A DNA stretch of 49,361 nucleotides from Hyphochytrium catenoides. Its lineage: Eukaryota > Protista > Hyphochytriomycota. The stretch covers positions 1 through 49,361 of the forward strand of contig FLMG01003841.1 of the NCBI GenBank assembly GCA_900088475.1, given 5' to 3'. A program made the translations under genes and the position numbers. Shown in pieces: positions 12,179 to 22,974 of the stretch. The notes below the pieces were generated by a model. It was not told the origin of the DNA and made no database searches. It worked only from the letters and a program-made list of their open reading frames with translations. How positions within the stretch are numbered: position 1 is the stretch's first letter; every line of letters begins with the position of its first letter.

Positions 12179-13585
12179 TTACTTTCTACGATTAATGGAT
12201 GGCGGGCAGCGCCATGTCAATGTCTCAGTACCCTTTTCCCCGTTGGGCCAAAACGATGTGTTAGGTTTTGCCACGCCATTCTCGGACACCAGCGTGGTAC
12301 TTTCAAGTTTACAATCCTCCATACGCTTTGTGCAGGCAAAAAGCCCACAATAACGCTTCTCTAGGTCACCCTTGGCGTTGCATGTGTATGCGTATCCATC
12401 GTGCGACTTGTACCTGGAGTGTAAAGGACAGGGGTCTCCTAGAGTGACCGTCTCCACAGCAGGATACACAGGTGAGGTAATTGTCACAAAACCGGGCTTT
12501 TCCGGCTTTCCGTTGTGATTCTTGGGATTGCCATAGACCAGGGAAGGGTTGCAGGACCACTTGTAGCGAAGCCCAAACTTCTGACTGACATTATTCAAAC
12601 TGGCAGAGACATTCCGCAACGACTCTATGTTTTTGCAGTCACCAGGTGTATTGTACATCCCAACTTTGTAATAGATGTTCAGGTCATTGGTAGCCGAGCA
12701 GTAATAGCCGAAGTTGTTATCACCGTCATAATTATGGATGAGTGCATCCTCCTGGCATGGCATTCCCATAGGAAGGGTTTTCACCTTTGGTAGGGTTTGA
12801 TAGGTCTTGGTTAAGTTATATCGGGTTACATCGTCCCCTGTCTCGACAACGGGGTTGGGGCATGTCCAGATCTGTCTGACGCGTTCAGTTGCTCTCGGTA
12901 TCATTTGCAGAGGACCATTGTCATAGACAGGATCACTTTCGTCGACAAGCTTACAGCCTTCACTAATGGGCCGGGTGCAATCGCCTTCGCACATGAGGTG
13001 AATCAGGCCGCCTTGTTTATTACAGATGGTGATAGCACCTGACGCACATCGCTCAGGGACCAGCCCATTCTCTGTGGGATTGGCGATAATCTTGTGTGTT
13101 ACCGACATGGGAAGAACATCTTTGCTGAAGACGCTGAAGCTCTCAGAAATGTACTCTCCAGACAACATTGCGCCAGGCTTGTTGTTGGAGTCAGCAACGG
13201 TGACCGAAGCCGGACAGGACCATGTATACCGACTAATAAGCTTGCCGGTGGACTGCTTTCCGTTTTGAGAAGCGGGTATAGTGTTATAAACCAGGCAATC
13301 CTTGAGCGGCTTTTTACAGTCTCCTCCGCAGTTCCTGAACTGCAGATCACCGTTGGAGTTGCAGGTATACGCGTCATTGAAGCCATGAAACACCGGTCCA
13401 TTCTCTGGACACTGCTTCCCCATTAAAACGTTGGCCTCACGCACGGGCTCCGAAGGCTGAACAGACCAATATTCGTACTTAAAGGTAACGTCGACTGCAG
13501 CCTCGGCATTGGAATCCACGACATAACCACTCTCAATGGCTGCGAAGAAAAGACATGCTACAATAAAACTTTGGAGCTTAACCAT
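12179..13585 (-). CDS. Secreted cysteine-rich protein, 468 aa, four tandem ~110-aa repeats of an unrecognised module; intronless
   Basis: Uninterrupted ORF from ATG 13585; signal peptide MVKLQSFIVACLFFAAIES. Four repeats each contain (Y/I)xC..G(D/G)L- or NDL and end in W-x-C-(N)P; 22 Cys in the mature region. Confidence 0.88.
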   Translation of the reverse strand: MVKLQSFIVACLFFAAIESGYVVDSNAEAAVDVTFKYEYWSVQPSEPVREANVLMGKQCPENGPVFHGFNDAYTCNSNGDLQFRNCGGDCKKPLKDCLVYNTIPASQNGKQSTGKLISRYTWSCPASVTVADSNNKPGAMLSGEYISESFSVFSKDVLPMSVTHKIIANPTENGLVPERCASGAITICNKQGGLIHLMCEGDCTRPISEGCKLVDESDPVYDNGPLQMIPRATERVRQIWTCPNPVVETGDDVTRYNLTKTYQTLPKVKTLPMGMPCQEDALIHNYDGDNNFGYYCSATNDLNIYYKVGMYNTPGDCKNIESLRNVSASLNNVSQKFGLRYKWSCNPSLVYGNPKNHNGKPEKPGFVTITSPVYPAVETVTLGDPCPLHSRYKSHDGYAYTCNAKGDLEKRYCGLFACTKRMEDCKLESTTLVSENGVAKPNTSFWPNGEKGTETLTWRCPPSINRRK

Positions 13586-13708
13586 TGTGATGACGCTCTT
13601 CACTCCAAGGGGTAAGAAGGATTAGCTCCTCGTCGTGTGCTAAGAGTGGCTACTTATATCATAAAGGATAGAGAGGATGCGGCCCCGTTGGAACTGTCTT
13701 GGTTGCTG

Positions 13709-13724
13709 GGAAATAGGATAGTGA
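13709..13724 (-). promoter_or_regulatory. Putative INR+FPR-like core promoter of the Cys-rich gene
   Basis: Minus strand TCACTATCCTATTTCC (2 mismatches to YCAYTYY-NN-MWTTTNC), 139 nt upstream of ATG. Confidence 0.3.
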
Positions 13725-16700
13725 GAAGTTGGTTCGCAGCACATCAGATCGTACAAGGAAGGGGCTACCAGATTCGAGTTCGTTCACTACTAGTTCTATA
13801 TCTTTCTCAGTCTCCCATTCTCCCACTCTTTCACTGCCACTGCCAAGACTTTCCACTCTTTCTTCGTTTATTTCATCTTCCGTCTCTCTGTTTCTCTTTC
13901 CCTTCACTGATCTCCCTCGAAGCGATTTTTCCTTCCAGCTCTATCTTCCTTTCCCTTATCCTCGCTTGCCTGTATGGCTTGGCTTCTTTTTCCCCACACC
14001 CTGACCAGTCCCTTACCAGGTTCCTGCACCGAGAAAGGCCCATATTGTTGGCTGCGGCGGCAGACTTATTAGAGCACAGGAGAGAAAGTCGGACACTTAC
14101 CATAGTAGAGTATAACTTCTCATGCCAAAAAAGGGAAAAGAAGCCAGGGTAATAGCCCTCGCACCTATCTCTTCCTGTTCGTTCTCACTTTCCCATGACT
14201 CTTCCTATGCTAAGGTCTGCACGTTCTTTTCTGTCTGCCTCTCTTTCTCTCTGCCTCAACTTTCAAAGAGGACGGGTTCTGATAGTCACCTTCTAACCTC
14301 TCTGAAAAGACCAAATTTCGGCCAGAGGGCTGACTGTTTCTTGATCACTTGTCTCTATGAAACTAGTAAAGAGTTAACTAACACTTCCACTCTTCTGCTG
14401 GACGCTGATTGTCCTATGACTGCTTCCCTAAGAGACAGGACATTGTTCTTGCCACGCTGGCGCTTTGATTAGGTGGGATTAGCTGGGGAGCATATGTATA
14501 ACTAACCAGCTCACTCGCTGTCTTATACGCTCTGTGTAGAGTTATTAGAGTTACAAAGCCTCTTAAGATAATCATTAACAGGAGGGTACCGTACTAATAA
14601 ATAAGGCAGGAAAGCCATGCAGAAGTATCAGGATCGGCTGTGGACTACATTTTACTCCGTATGTGATAGGCAAGAATAAGAGCAGTGGCAAAAGAGAGGC
14701 AGTTGCGTCTGAATACACATTCTCCCTCTTTCTATGGACGGTATAAAGAGCACTGGAACAGACACAGTTCAAAAAGGCGGTTCTACGCAGGAAGGACTAT
14801 AGGTTCTTCTTCACCATCCATCACGGGTTCAGCGTTGGTGTACGCTTCCTCCTCGTCTCTCCATCTGACCTTCACTCCGCCTCAAGCTCCGCCAACCAAC
14901 TTTGCTGGCTGATAGACTTATTAGGAGATAGGAGGCTGAAGTAGAAGGTGGACATATCTTCTCCTTAGCCCAAACAAAATTTCTTTTGTAACAGTGAACA
15001 GGGAACAGTCACTCTGAATACTCTTTGTTGCTGAACTTCTGGCTGGTAGTTCTTTCTATGAAACAGATGGGGTATAAGAAGATATTCGTTAGCATCTTCT
15101 CGTGTACTGTTTTGGCTGCTCCACTCCCGTTCAACCCCACAGATGCGGATATATACGGATACCGATACTGTGATAATGATATTACTTCCGGCTTTTTCTT
15201 TCTGTTCCTCCTTTCCTTTCACTTGCTTTGTCTCCGCCGGATAGAGTCAAAGGGGCCTGGACCGGGAGAGGAAGAAACAAGGATTGATAGAACGACAGGA
15301 ACCGTGGTCGGGCAGGAAGAGGAGGAAAGGAGGAAGGGCCGGGGAGGCGTAGTTAATAAAAAGTCTGTACCATTATGAGAATAAGGAGTGGCAGGGAAAG
15401 GGAGGGAAGATTACTCGTAAGGTGCAGGGAGTAGAGATAGAAAGGAGAGACCGGAAAGAGAGAGGCAGAGATGGCGAGGTTAAGAAAGATGGGAAGGTTG
15501 GCGACAGGAGGAGCACGGAAAGGAAGGAAACTACCGGAGAGAGAATAAGGAGAAAAAGACGAAGAGGTTTTCTCTCTTAAGAGGGACAGGGACAGTAGGC
15601 GAATTTCCTTACAGTAGTAACTCATAACTCATAACACTATAGAATAGTTCTACTCTCAACCGCTGAGAAGCAGTCTGTGCAAGCTCCAGGTTCTCGCTCC
15701 CGCTCTCTCTCCATTTTGTACATCTTTCATTCTTCCTCACTTTGTGGTGCTTGTCACTCATTGTTGCTTCGGATACAGCTCTCAAAAGCAGAAAGACAGC
15801 CTTCGCCATTCCTGGGATCTAGTCCTCATTCCTGACACGTGAAGTCGACCTCTCGGAAAGGGAATCTGAGGTCAACTACTCGCTCCTTTCCTGACGCTTG
15901 ATAAAGGGCAGCACGAGCGAGGAGTGCTCTCTCTTCTTCTCTTTCTTTTCTCTCGACTACTTTTTCAATGACTTAGTTGGGGAGGTAGTCGTACCAATTG
16001 TGTGAGGCTTCCTCTTCTGCTTGTCTCTTGTCTGCACTGAAGCATGGCTGTCCACGGTAGTCGAAGCGAACGATGTAGATCTACGAGATCTGGTAGTCCA
16101 TGCTTGTCTTTGCGTTTAGCAGGAGGGATCGCGTCGTCCGGATGGTAGCAGGAGCTGCGACCTATAGTGCCCGCTCGTGTCGAACATTTTGCCTTGTTGC
16201 TAAGGGAACTCTCTCTCTGATGCTGCAGCTAACTCGCAGGTGTGCTTCTTGCCCTGAGACGTCCGCCACCGTGTTATCTTTACTGTCTGCCTGAGTCTCA
16301 GGATTATGGCCCCCTTTCGCAGACGATGTTAGAGAACAAGAAGAAAGCAAGAGCAAGACGGTGAAATGGGTGGGTTTCCAGAAAGTTGTTGGAGTAGGAA
16401 ACGAGCCGTGACTGTGTCTGCGCCAGGAGATCGATTGGAGGCACAGGCGGGGTAGCGGCTATAAAGAGAAAGATGCCAGAAATCAAAGAAAGCACTTACT
16501 GCAGTTTGTAGAGCGAGCTGGCAAAGGCAACAGTCAAGTCTAAACGCACCACCCGAAGATTGATTACGAGCGTAAGAAATAGAACAACGACTCCATGGAC
16601 TTCTCTTGCTCCTCTGCGACTGGAAGCAAATAACAGGCTGATCTTAGTGCTCTAGGATGAAGTTCCCTATCACACCTCGCCTGTCCGCCACTGTTGATAA

Positions 16701-17982
16701 TAGCTCTGTAGCCCTTTTACTGTTGTGCACCTCTCTAGAGCGTCTGTGACCTATCTTTTACACCCCGCGTTTATTCTCTCACTCCCTAGACCTACCTGGG
16801 GCAGCTCATACTCACCATTCTTCTCCATCATGTTCCTGCTAGCCTCGATGCTGTCAGCGTTACTCTGCCCATCAATATGTAGCACTGAATGTTGCTATCC
16901 AGTTGTTGGAATGGCGCCTTGCCCCTTTTAGCCTTAAGTCCAGCAGGAAACTCTACCTGCAGCGCCTGGACCAAGTGAAAGCAAAGAGTATGGCAGGTAG
17001 CTCTTCTCCTTGCCCTCTGGTACAGAGGCCGAGAGAAAGCACGGAGCAAAGAGAGAAAGAGAATAAATATCATAGCAAACAGAGGTCCGGGAAGCGGGGA
17101 TATGGTAGGCCGACAGGAATGGCTGCCTCATAAGATGAAGAAAGAGAGAGAGAGGAAGAATATTAAGAGTGACAGCAGGGGAGGGTAGGAAACACCTTTC
17201 TGCCTGAGGATGAGAGCGAGGAGAAAGAAGAGGAACAGGGAGCAAGCGTGTCTAAAGAAAAGGGAAGAGGACAAATGAAGAATTAGACAGGGGCCCTTGT
17301 GCCGAAGATGTAAAGGAGACAGAGCGTAAGAAAGAGACAGCCTTGCTTTTGAACGACGACAGTTTAGTTGGAGTGCTTATAAAGAATATGACAACAAATC
17401 CATCTCGCCCTTGCCTAGTGCCGCGCCAATAAGCCCATTTTATCCAGCAGCAGTGCCTTTGCCCTCCGCTCAAGCTGCTTTCCGCTTTGACCATCAGAGC
17501 TATTGTACTGCTTAAAGCAGTTGGTACAAGACAAGCTATTGTTGGAGGGAGCTACGACAATGTGGGCGGAGGGTACATTCATAATAAGACCTTGGAGTGC
17601 AGTCTCGTCACTCGAATCTGGGGCCACACATAATTCTTGTTGGCTGATAGAACGTAGGACCTTGTACTATCCTTTACCTCTACCATGCAGCAGCAAAATG
17701 CCCAGTAGGAATGTTTGGAGCTACTAGTGGCTGTGAGTTCTCTGTTAGCATGTGTGAGATGCTTTATTTTTTATAAACGGATATAAGACAAAAAGTAGAT
17801 CACTTAAGAAACTATGACGAACTACGAACTGTGTACACACACAGATGCTCACTGGTCTCAAGAATTGAGACAGGAAGAAGAAAAGCGATCGTTGTCCAAT
17901 GAGAGACACACTCCTACGCAGGCAGGCTCTCCGCAGCGCATCGAGGCATCTCTTCATTCCACAGAAGGGAAAACGGGGTCCA

Positions 17983-19362
17983 CTAGGTGTAGGTGGTGCC
18001 AAGGTCACCTACTCTTATATTCATGAATTTGACAAAGGCATCGGGGTGCTTCGCCTCGACATCCCATGGGCGGCCGCCCGTAACTGGACAAGTACCGCGC
18101 CAAACGCCTGGAATAGAAACATCTTTATCGACTGGATAAGTAGAGTCCAGCCAAAGGCAATACGCCTCATGGTCATCCCATAGACTCATTGTAAGGACCA
18201 TACCGCTCTTCAGGGCGTCTCCCATTCGCTTCAGACCTCCTTTGCGAAGGTGGTCATTGGGATCGCCAAAGACTTGCTTTGCCTGATTGCACATTTGGTC
18301 GGTGATGGAGTCTGTTGGGGTAATGCCTTTTACGTCAACTCTGGGATGCTCAATGATCTTGCCATCCTGCTTGAAGAGCCGCCGGATCTCCACCAAGTCA
18401 CCACTGGTGGTGTTGTCATGTGTAATGAACTGCGTGACCACAGTGAATGGCTTTTTGGTGTTCACCTGGAACTCCGGACCGGGGCCATAGAAAGACCTCT
18501 GGCCCATTCTGAAGGGGTTGAAGTCACATCCGTCTTTGTCGCACACACCATTGTATCTGTCACCGGACTTGTTGTCTCCGCATTCGATTCCAGAGCAGCG
18601 GTATTGCGCGTCAGGTTGGCATGGATGAGACGTGTAGGCCTCACTTATGCTATTGGCCTCCCAGATATCCATCTCCATGCAGCAGGAGCCATAACGACCA
18701 GTTCCAGAGTTCTTGTCCGTTTTGCTCGGTGTCCAGTCCAAGACGTTCGCCTCCCCGTTAATGAACTTCAGATCGTGTGGACATTGCGCATCACAATAGC
18801 CCGTTCCATAAGCTGCTCCTGCCTTGTTGAGAGGAAATCTTGATTTGCCACCATCCTTATCCATCTGCACGAAGTAAAGAGCACCATTTAGCCCGCAGGG
18901 CAGGCCGGACACATCCACGTCGATCGTGAACTCTTTGTTCAGCAACTGGAACATCTTATAGTTCTCATCATCTTCCATTAAGTAGACGCGGGAGCCAATA
19001 TTGGCAGAGTAAGGGCCATTAGTGACGAACTTTAGGGTCAACTCGCTCCCTCGAGCGCTAATGCCGTAGGTCCCTTCGTAGTTGGCTCCCTCAAGAACAC
19101 AAGTTTTTGAACAGCTGATGGGGTCGGAGCAGAGAGCATTGTCCCATTTGTTTCCAGTGTAGCAGTTCTGGTACCCTTCAGCTGTATGGAGCCAGCGCCA
19201 GTTGGAGTCAAGGACAACCTTGGTAGGCTCCGTCTTGCATCCGCCAGCCGTGGTGCAAGTTTTGGATGATAGAGGGGGGTGAACCTCAACCTGGTTCTTT
19301 CCAACCAGTTGGGCGGCACTCTGGCCTACGAGAACGATACCGATAATGGCACACAACTTCAT
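17983..19362 (-). CDS. Secreted glycoside hydrolase family 7 cellobiohydrolase (Cel7A/CBH1-like), 459 aa, no CBM, intronless
   Basis: Signal peptide MKLCAIIGIVLVGQSAA then Q-LVG..EVHPPL. Motifs: VLDSNWRWLH, GSRVYLM, LPCGLNGALYFV, YGTGYCDAQCP, catalytic EMDIWE (ExDxxE), CDKDGCD, MSLWDD, WLDS, C-terminal GTTYT*. Long tunnel loops present. Confidence 0.97.
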   Translation of the reverse strand: MKLCAIIGIVLVGQSAAQLVGKNQVEVHPPLSSKTCTTAGGCKTEPTKVVLDSNWRWLHTAEGYQNCYTGNKWDNALCSDPISCSKTCVLEGANYEGTYGISARGSELTLKFVTNGPYSANIGSRVYLMEDDENYKMFQLLNKEFTIDVDVSGLPCGLNGALYFVQMDKDGGKSRFPLNKAGAAYGTGYCDAQCPHDLKFINGEANVLDWTPSKTDKNSGTGRYGSCCMEMDIWEANSISEAYTSHPCQPDAQYRCSGIECGDNKSGDRYNGVCDKDGCDFNPFRMGQRSFYGPGPEFQVNTKKPFTVVTQFITHDNTTSGDLVEIRRLFKQDGKIIEHPRVDVKGITPTDSITDQMCNQAKQVFGDPNDHLRKGGLKRMGDALKSGMVLTMSLWDDHEAYCLWLDSTYPVDKDVSIPGVWRGTCPVTGGRPWDVEAKHPDAFVKFMNIRVGDLGTTYT

Positions 19363-19483
19363 CACGGGAGTTGTGTCGTTGGCTCGAGAGCCTAAGGTCA
19401 GAATAGCTGCTAGGGTGTTCCTTGCTGATAACTTGGCGGGCAATTGGAAGCCTTTATGGACTAGGGACTCTTTCGTCGTAGCA

Positions 19484-19500
19484 GGAAAGTTCAGAAGTGA
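19484..19500 (-). promoter_or_regulatory. Putative INR+FPR-like core promoter of GH7
   Basis: Minus strand TCACTTCTGAACTTTCC (perfect INR YCAYTYY, FPR-like with a 1-nt longer spacer), 138 nt upstream of ATG. Confidence 0.33.
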
Positions 19501-21519
19501 ATGGAATCATTGCGGTTCTTCCACCTTATCAAGGCTGGAAAGTATAGACGTATAAGCGGAGATGGAACAAAAGAGGAGCGACTGTTAGCCAGCAGCAGGA
19601 GATTGGGGCAAGATCAATGAGTCGCCCGAGAGCCGAAGCGGGGGAATACTCTTGTTCAGAAAGTCGGCTCAACAGCCGCGCGACAACTCTATACTCATCA
19701 CTGTAGGAGTAGTGTTCATTAGGATTTGGTCCATGTCTGAGTACCAGACGTCACCTTGCCTTTCTTGCCGATATCCAGCATTCTTAGCCTCACTTTATTC
19801 AGCGGACTCTGTACTGGTTTTGTTCCGTCATCCATCCCCTCACCGTGGGCGTCTGTTCACCCCTCCTCTATAAAACTCCAGAAAGCAGGAGTAGTCGTGC
19901 TCTTAAACCAAGAGGATACGCTGCTTTTTGTCAACGTTGAGGAGCATCTAGAGGAGGACTTGCAGAGTCAAGAAGAAGAGTTGAGGTCAATCATAACGCC
20001 GCACCACTCAAGGTCTGTCGCCTACTGTTGAGGTACAATTGGAGGAAGCCGAGACCCTTCGGTGGTCTAGAGTGAACTAATTGTTCATCAACTTGCACTC
20101 TACTGCTGAGAAAGATGTGCAGTCAATTGGTAACACGCCAAATCCTAGTGCAGGTCTAAGAAGGACTGCTGTGACCATGAATGACTTCCAAAAAGATCTA
20201 TAATAAACTTGTCCGGCCACTGTTGGTCCTCTCTTCCTCATCAGAGGCCCTATCTTAGACCGTTTTTTACTTATTATGTACTGGTTGCCGCTTTTGGTCG
20301 AACCGAAAGGCGTATGCTGGTTCCTCATTCTACGACATAGGGTTAGGGTTAGGGTATTGCCCCTTATTGATTTATGGATCCGTACCCAGCCATACTTCTA
20401 CAATCAAGTGAGGCGTGCCCTTGGTAACTGTACAGTTGGACAATCTTTATTACGCTTTATTGCCGCTGATAATGTGAGCTCTTTCTTCCATCAAACTGAC
20501 CTCTCTCCATACAATCTGCACATGGAGAGAAGAGTACGGACGGACGACACAAGGTGACGTCGGTACTTGTATCGAAGTGCTCCTGTACGGTGGAATAGAT
20601 TGCTCAAAGATATATAATGGGGATATTGATTGGCTCTTGCTGTTTGGCCCAGGCAAGATAGTCATGCACATGGTGGTCGCTGAGTCAGCGCCTTAAGGAA
20701 GAATGGAGGTAGAACTACTGTGCCTCTGGTTGCCTTGCTGCTAGCAACCTTTTCTATTGGTTAATAATAGTATTCAAACTAATGGGCCGCCAGATAGATC
20801 TGCAAGACCGCATTATTTCTTCAACGAGGTCACCGCGCCTTCTTGTTGAATGTTCAACCTCAACTCGCACCAGCTCCCGCCACATCTTAGGCTACATCTT
20901 AGATCTTCTCACTGTCCTGAATCAAGTATTCCGTTGTTGTTGGGTTACAGCAGCGTAGTACACAGTAACTACATGGCACATCTCACAGAACTATATAGGA
21001 CATTGCAACCCAGTGACTACAGTACCCTCTAGGATCAATAGGGGGCTCTAATTCCTGAACACAATCTGTTGGCCATAGAGTACAGGCCAAGGGGTAACAT
21101 TATTGGAGATATTGTCGCCACCCCTCAATATCAGGAGGTTCGTTTAGAGTAGAGATCCAAAATTCTTAGTCTGCGACGTGCACTAGAAAGCGACAGTGAA
21201 GGAAGGAAGGAGGACGGTTGTCAACATCACAGGGCGACCAGCGTCTCTTGACTATGATGAACAAACCCCGAGACTCTATTCTTCAACAAGCTCCAACCAT
21301 TCCCGCACTACCCACCATAGACCATAGACGGTCTCTGTCCCTGATGATCTCGCTTTTGACTTGATCAACTTAGGAGTTCACCTTGGTTGTCATTAACGGC
21401 CTTTAATACCGCCTACAGCTGCTTCTCGGCTCGTCGTCTCGTCGTCTCGCTTGGTTATGAAGCCAACAGAGGTCGTTTTGCATGGTCGGGCAGGTAGACT
21501 CTAGGAGTTCTGTAGGAGA

Positions 21520-21740
21520 TCGACCATCCTCCAACCAGGGGCAGTAGAGAGACCAAACAACATTCAAAAGACTTGAAAGCTGTCCTCTTCTCACCATCGA
21601 CAGGTGTGTAGATGAAGAGCGTTTCTTAGGCGCGCGCAGCGTGGTAGCGGCAGAATGACAGTCGGAACACCCATGTTGGGTGGACTTCGTCATCCTCATT
21701 GAGCTCTTCTTCTTTCGGGGAAAGATCACAGCCATCATCG
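21520..21740 (-). mobile_element. Ty3/gypsy reverse-transcriptase relic with internal deletions
   Basis: Across frameshifts: AVIFPRKKKSSMRM (cf. APVLFVKKKDGSMRM), ILPLPR (YPLPRI), LRNALHL (DLRNAYHL), DGEKRTAF (KTAF), MLFGLSTAP (MPFGLxNAP), in the correct order. Confidence 0.55.
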
Positions 21741-22974
21741 TCGTTACGACAGTTGTCTATTATTTGCCGCGCCTCTTCTTCTTCCCTGGTCTCGGTTTCT
21801 GGATTTCGTAGAGGAGGTGGAAAAAAGGACGAGCCCCGCGACTAGGCCTCCCAGGTATGCGGTCTTCTTGAAGGTTGACCAATGCGCAATCGTTCCTGTC
21901 GGTGGCTGTGGGGCAGCATCAGGTCTTGTTGTCATAATAATGGCTGATGGTCTTCGTGACGATGCCGGCCGGTCTCTGTAAGACAAAGAAGACGCAGGGA
22001 TACCTTTTTTACTGAAGTGGCAGCTGCAGATCTGAATGCCATCCTACTTTGGGTTAGTATGTGGGTGTCTTACTGCTAACGAGGGATAGACACTGCTAAC
22101 GAGAGATAGAACAACTAATGCTCTATGTGCTGAAACGACCAACCAACGCTCCCTTCGAAAGCAGCATGCTGGGGGTCAGCAGCAGAGAAGGAGAAGTAAT
22201 CAATTGAGCTACTTTTGAACCACTCTAGATCAGAGGAGTTGCTCTATTGACTTGAAATAGATCAATTCCCATGGTTTAACTCAGTATCACGGCTTGGAGT
22301 GTACTGTTTTTGGCACTCATGATCAAACCTACGAAGCAACGAGTACTTGTAGCAAGCCTAAGCGGCCAAGAAGGGCCACGGTGATGTGGTTGTACCTCGT
22401 GCTTTATAGGCGATTGCCCAGCCCCAAACCTTCAGTTCTATTCCACTCTTTGTTGGTAAGCCCATCGAGCAGACTCTAATCAATCTTCTCCTTGTAATGC
22501 TTGGACTGCCACATTCAAGTGCGGTGAGCTGATCGACCATACAACGACGACTCGAGCCCAAATCGCAGTGCGCTGTTTCTTTTTAGCTCCGTCAATGTTG
22601 TCAATGCCATGTTCGAAGACTAACAGTACACTCTGTCTCTCTGAGAATATATCGATTCCCCAGCGTTTCTTCCCCCTCTCATTCTCCGGTTTGCGCCGGC
22701 TTTCTTTATCACTGTAGGTCTGTCTCAATCCAATCCCGCACTTGTCGAAAGTGTTCAGACTGTCTAACATCTCCCTGGTTCTACTTAGAGATTCTTACCC
22801 GAGAAGAGTGTCATTTTATATGTACGGTATGATGAAGAGCAGGCATGTATGCAAGTAAGTAGCTATCTGATAAGAGATAGGAGTATTATAAAAACGAGAA
22901 AGAAGATAAAAACAAAATCTGTGCCGAGGACAGTATTGGTACCGACAGGAATCGTCTAACGATGGCACTCGTGA

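Noticed and set aside
14820-17700. Gag-like snippets (KAVFLLLRAVS, RAKALLLDKM, GEDMSTF) on the minus strand
   Set aside because: Probably old LTR-element debris, but the similarity is too weak to assign by eye.
20077-20700. Possible DDE_1 transposase remnant (SISPLYIFE, VLPIDCTS)
   Set aside because: Motifs too degenerate; cannot be distinguished from chance without an HMM search.
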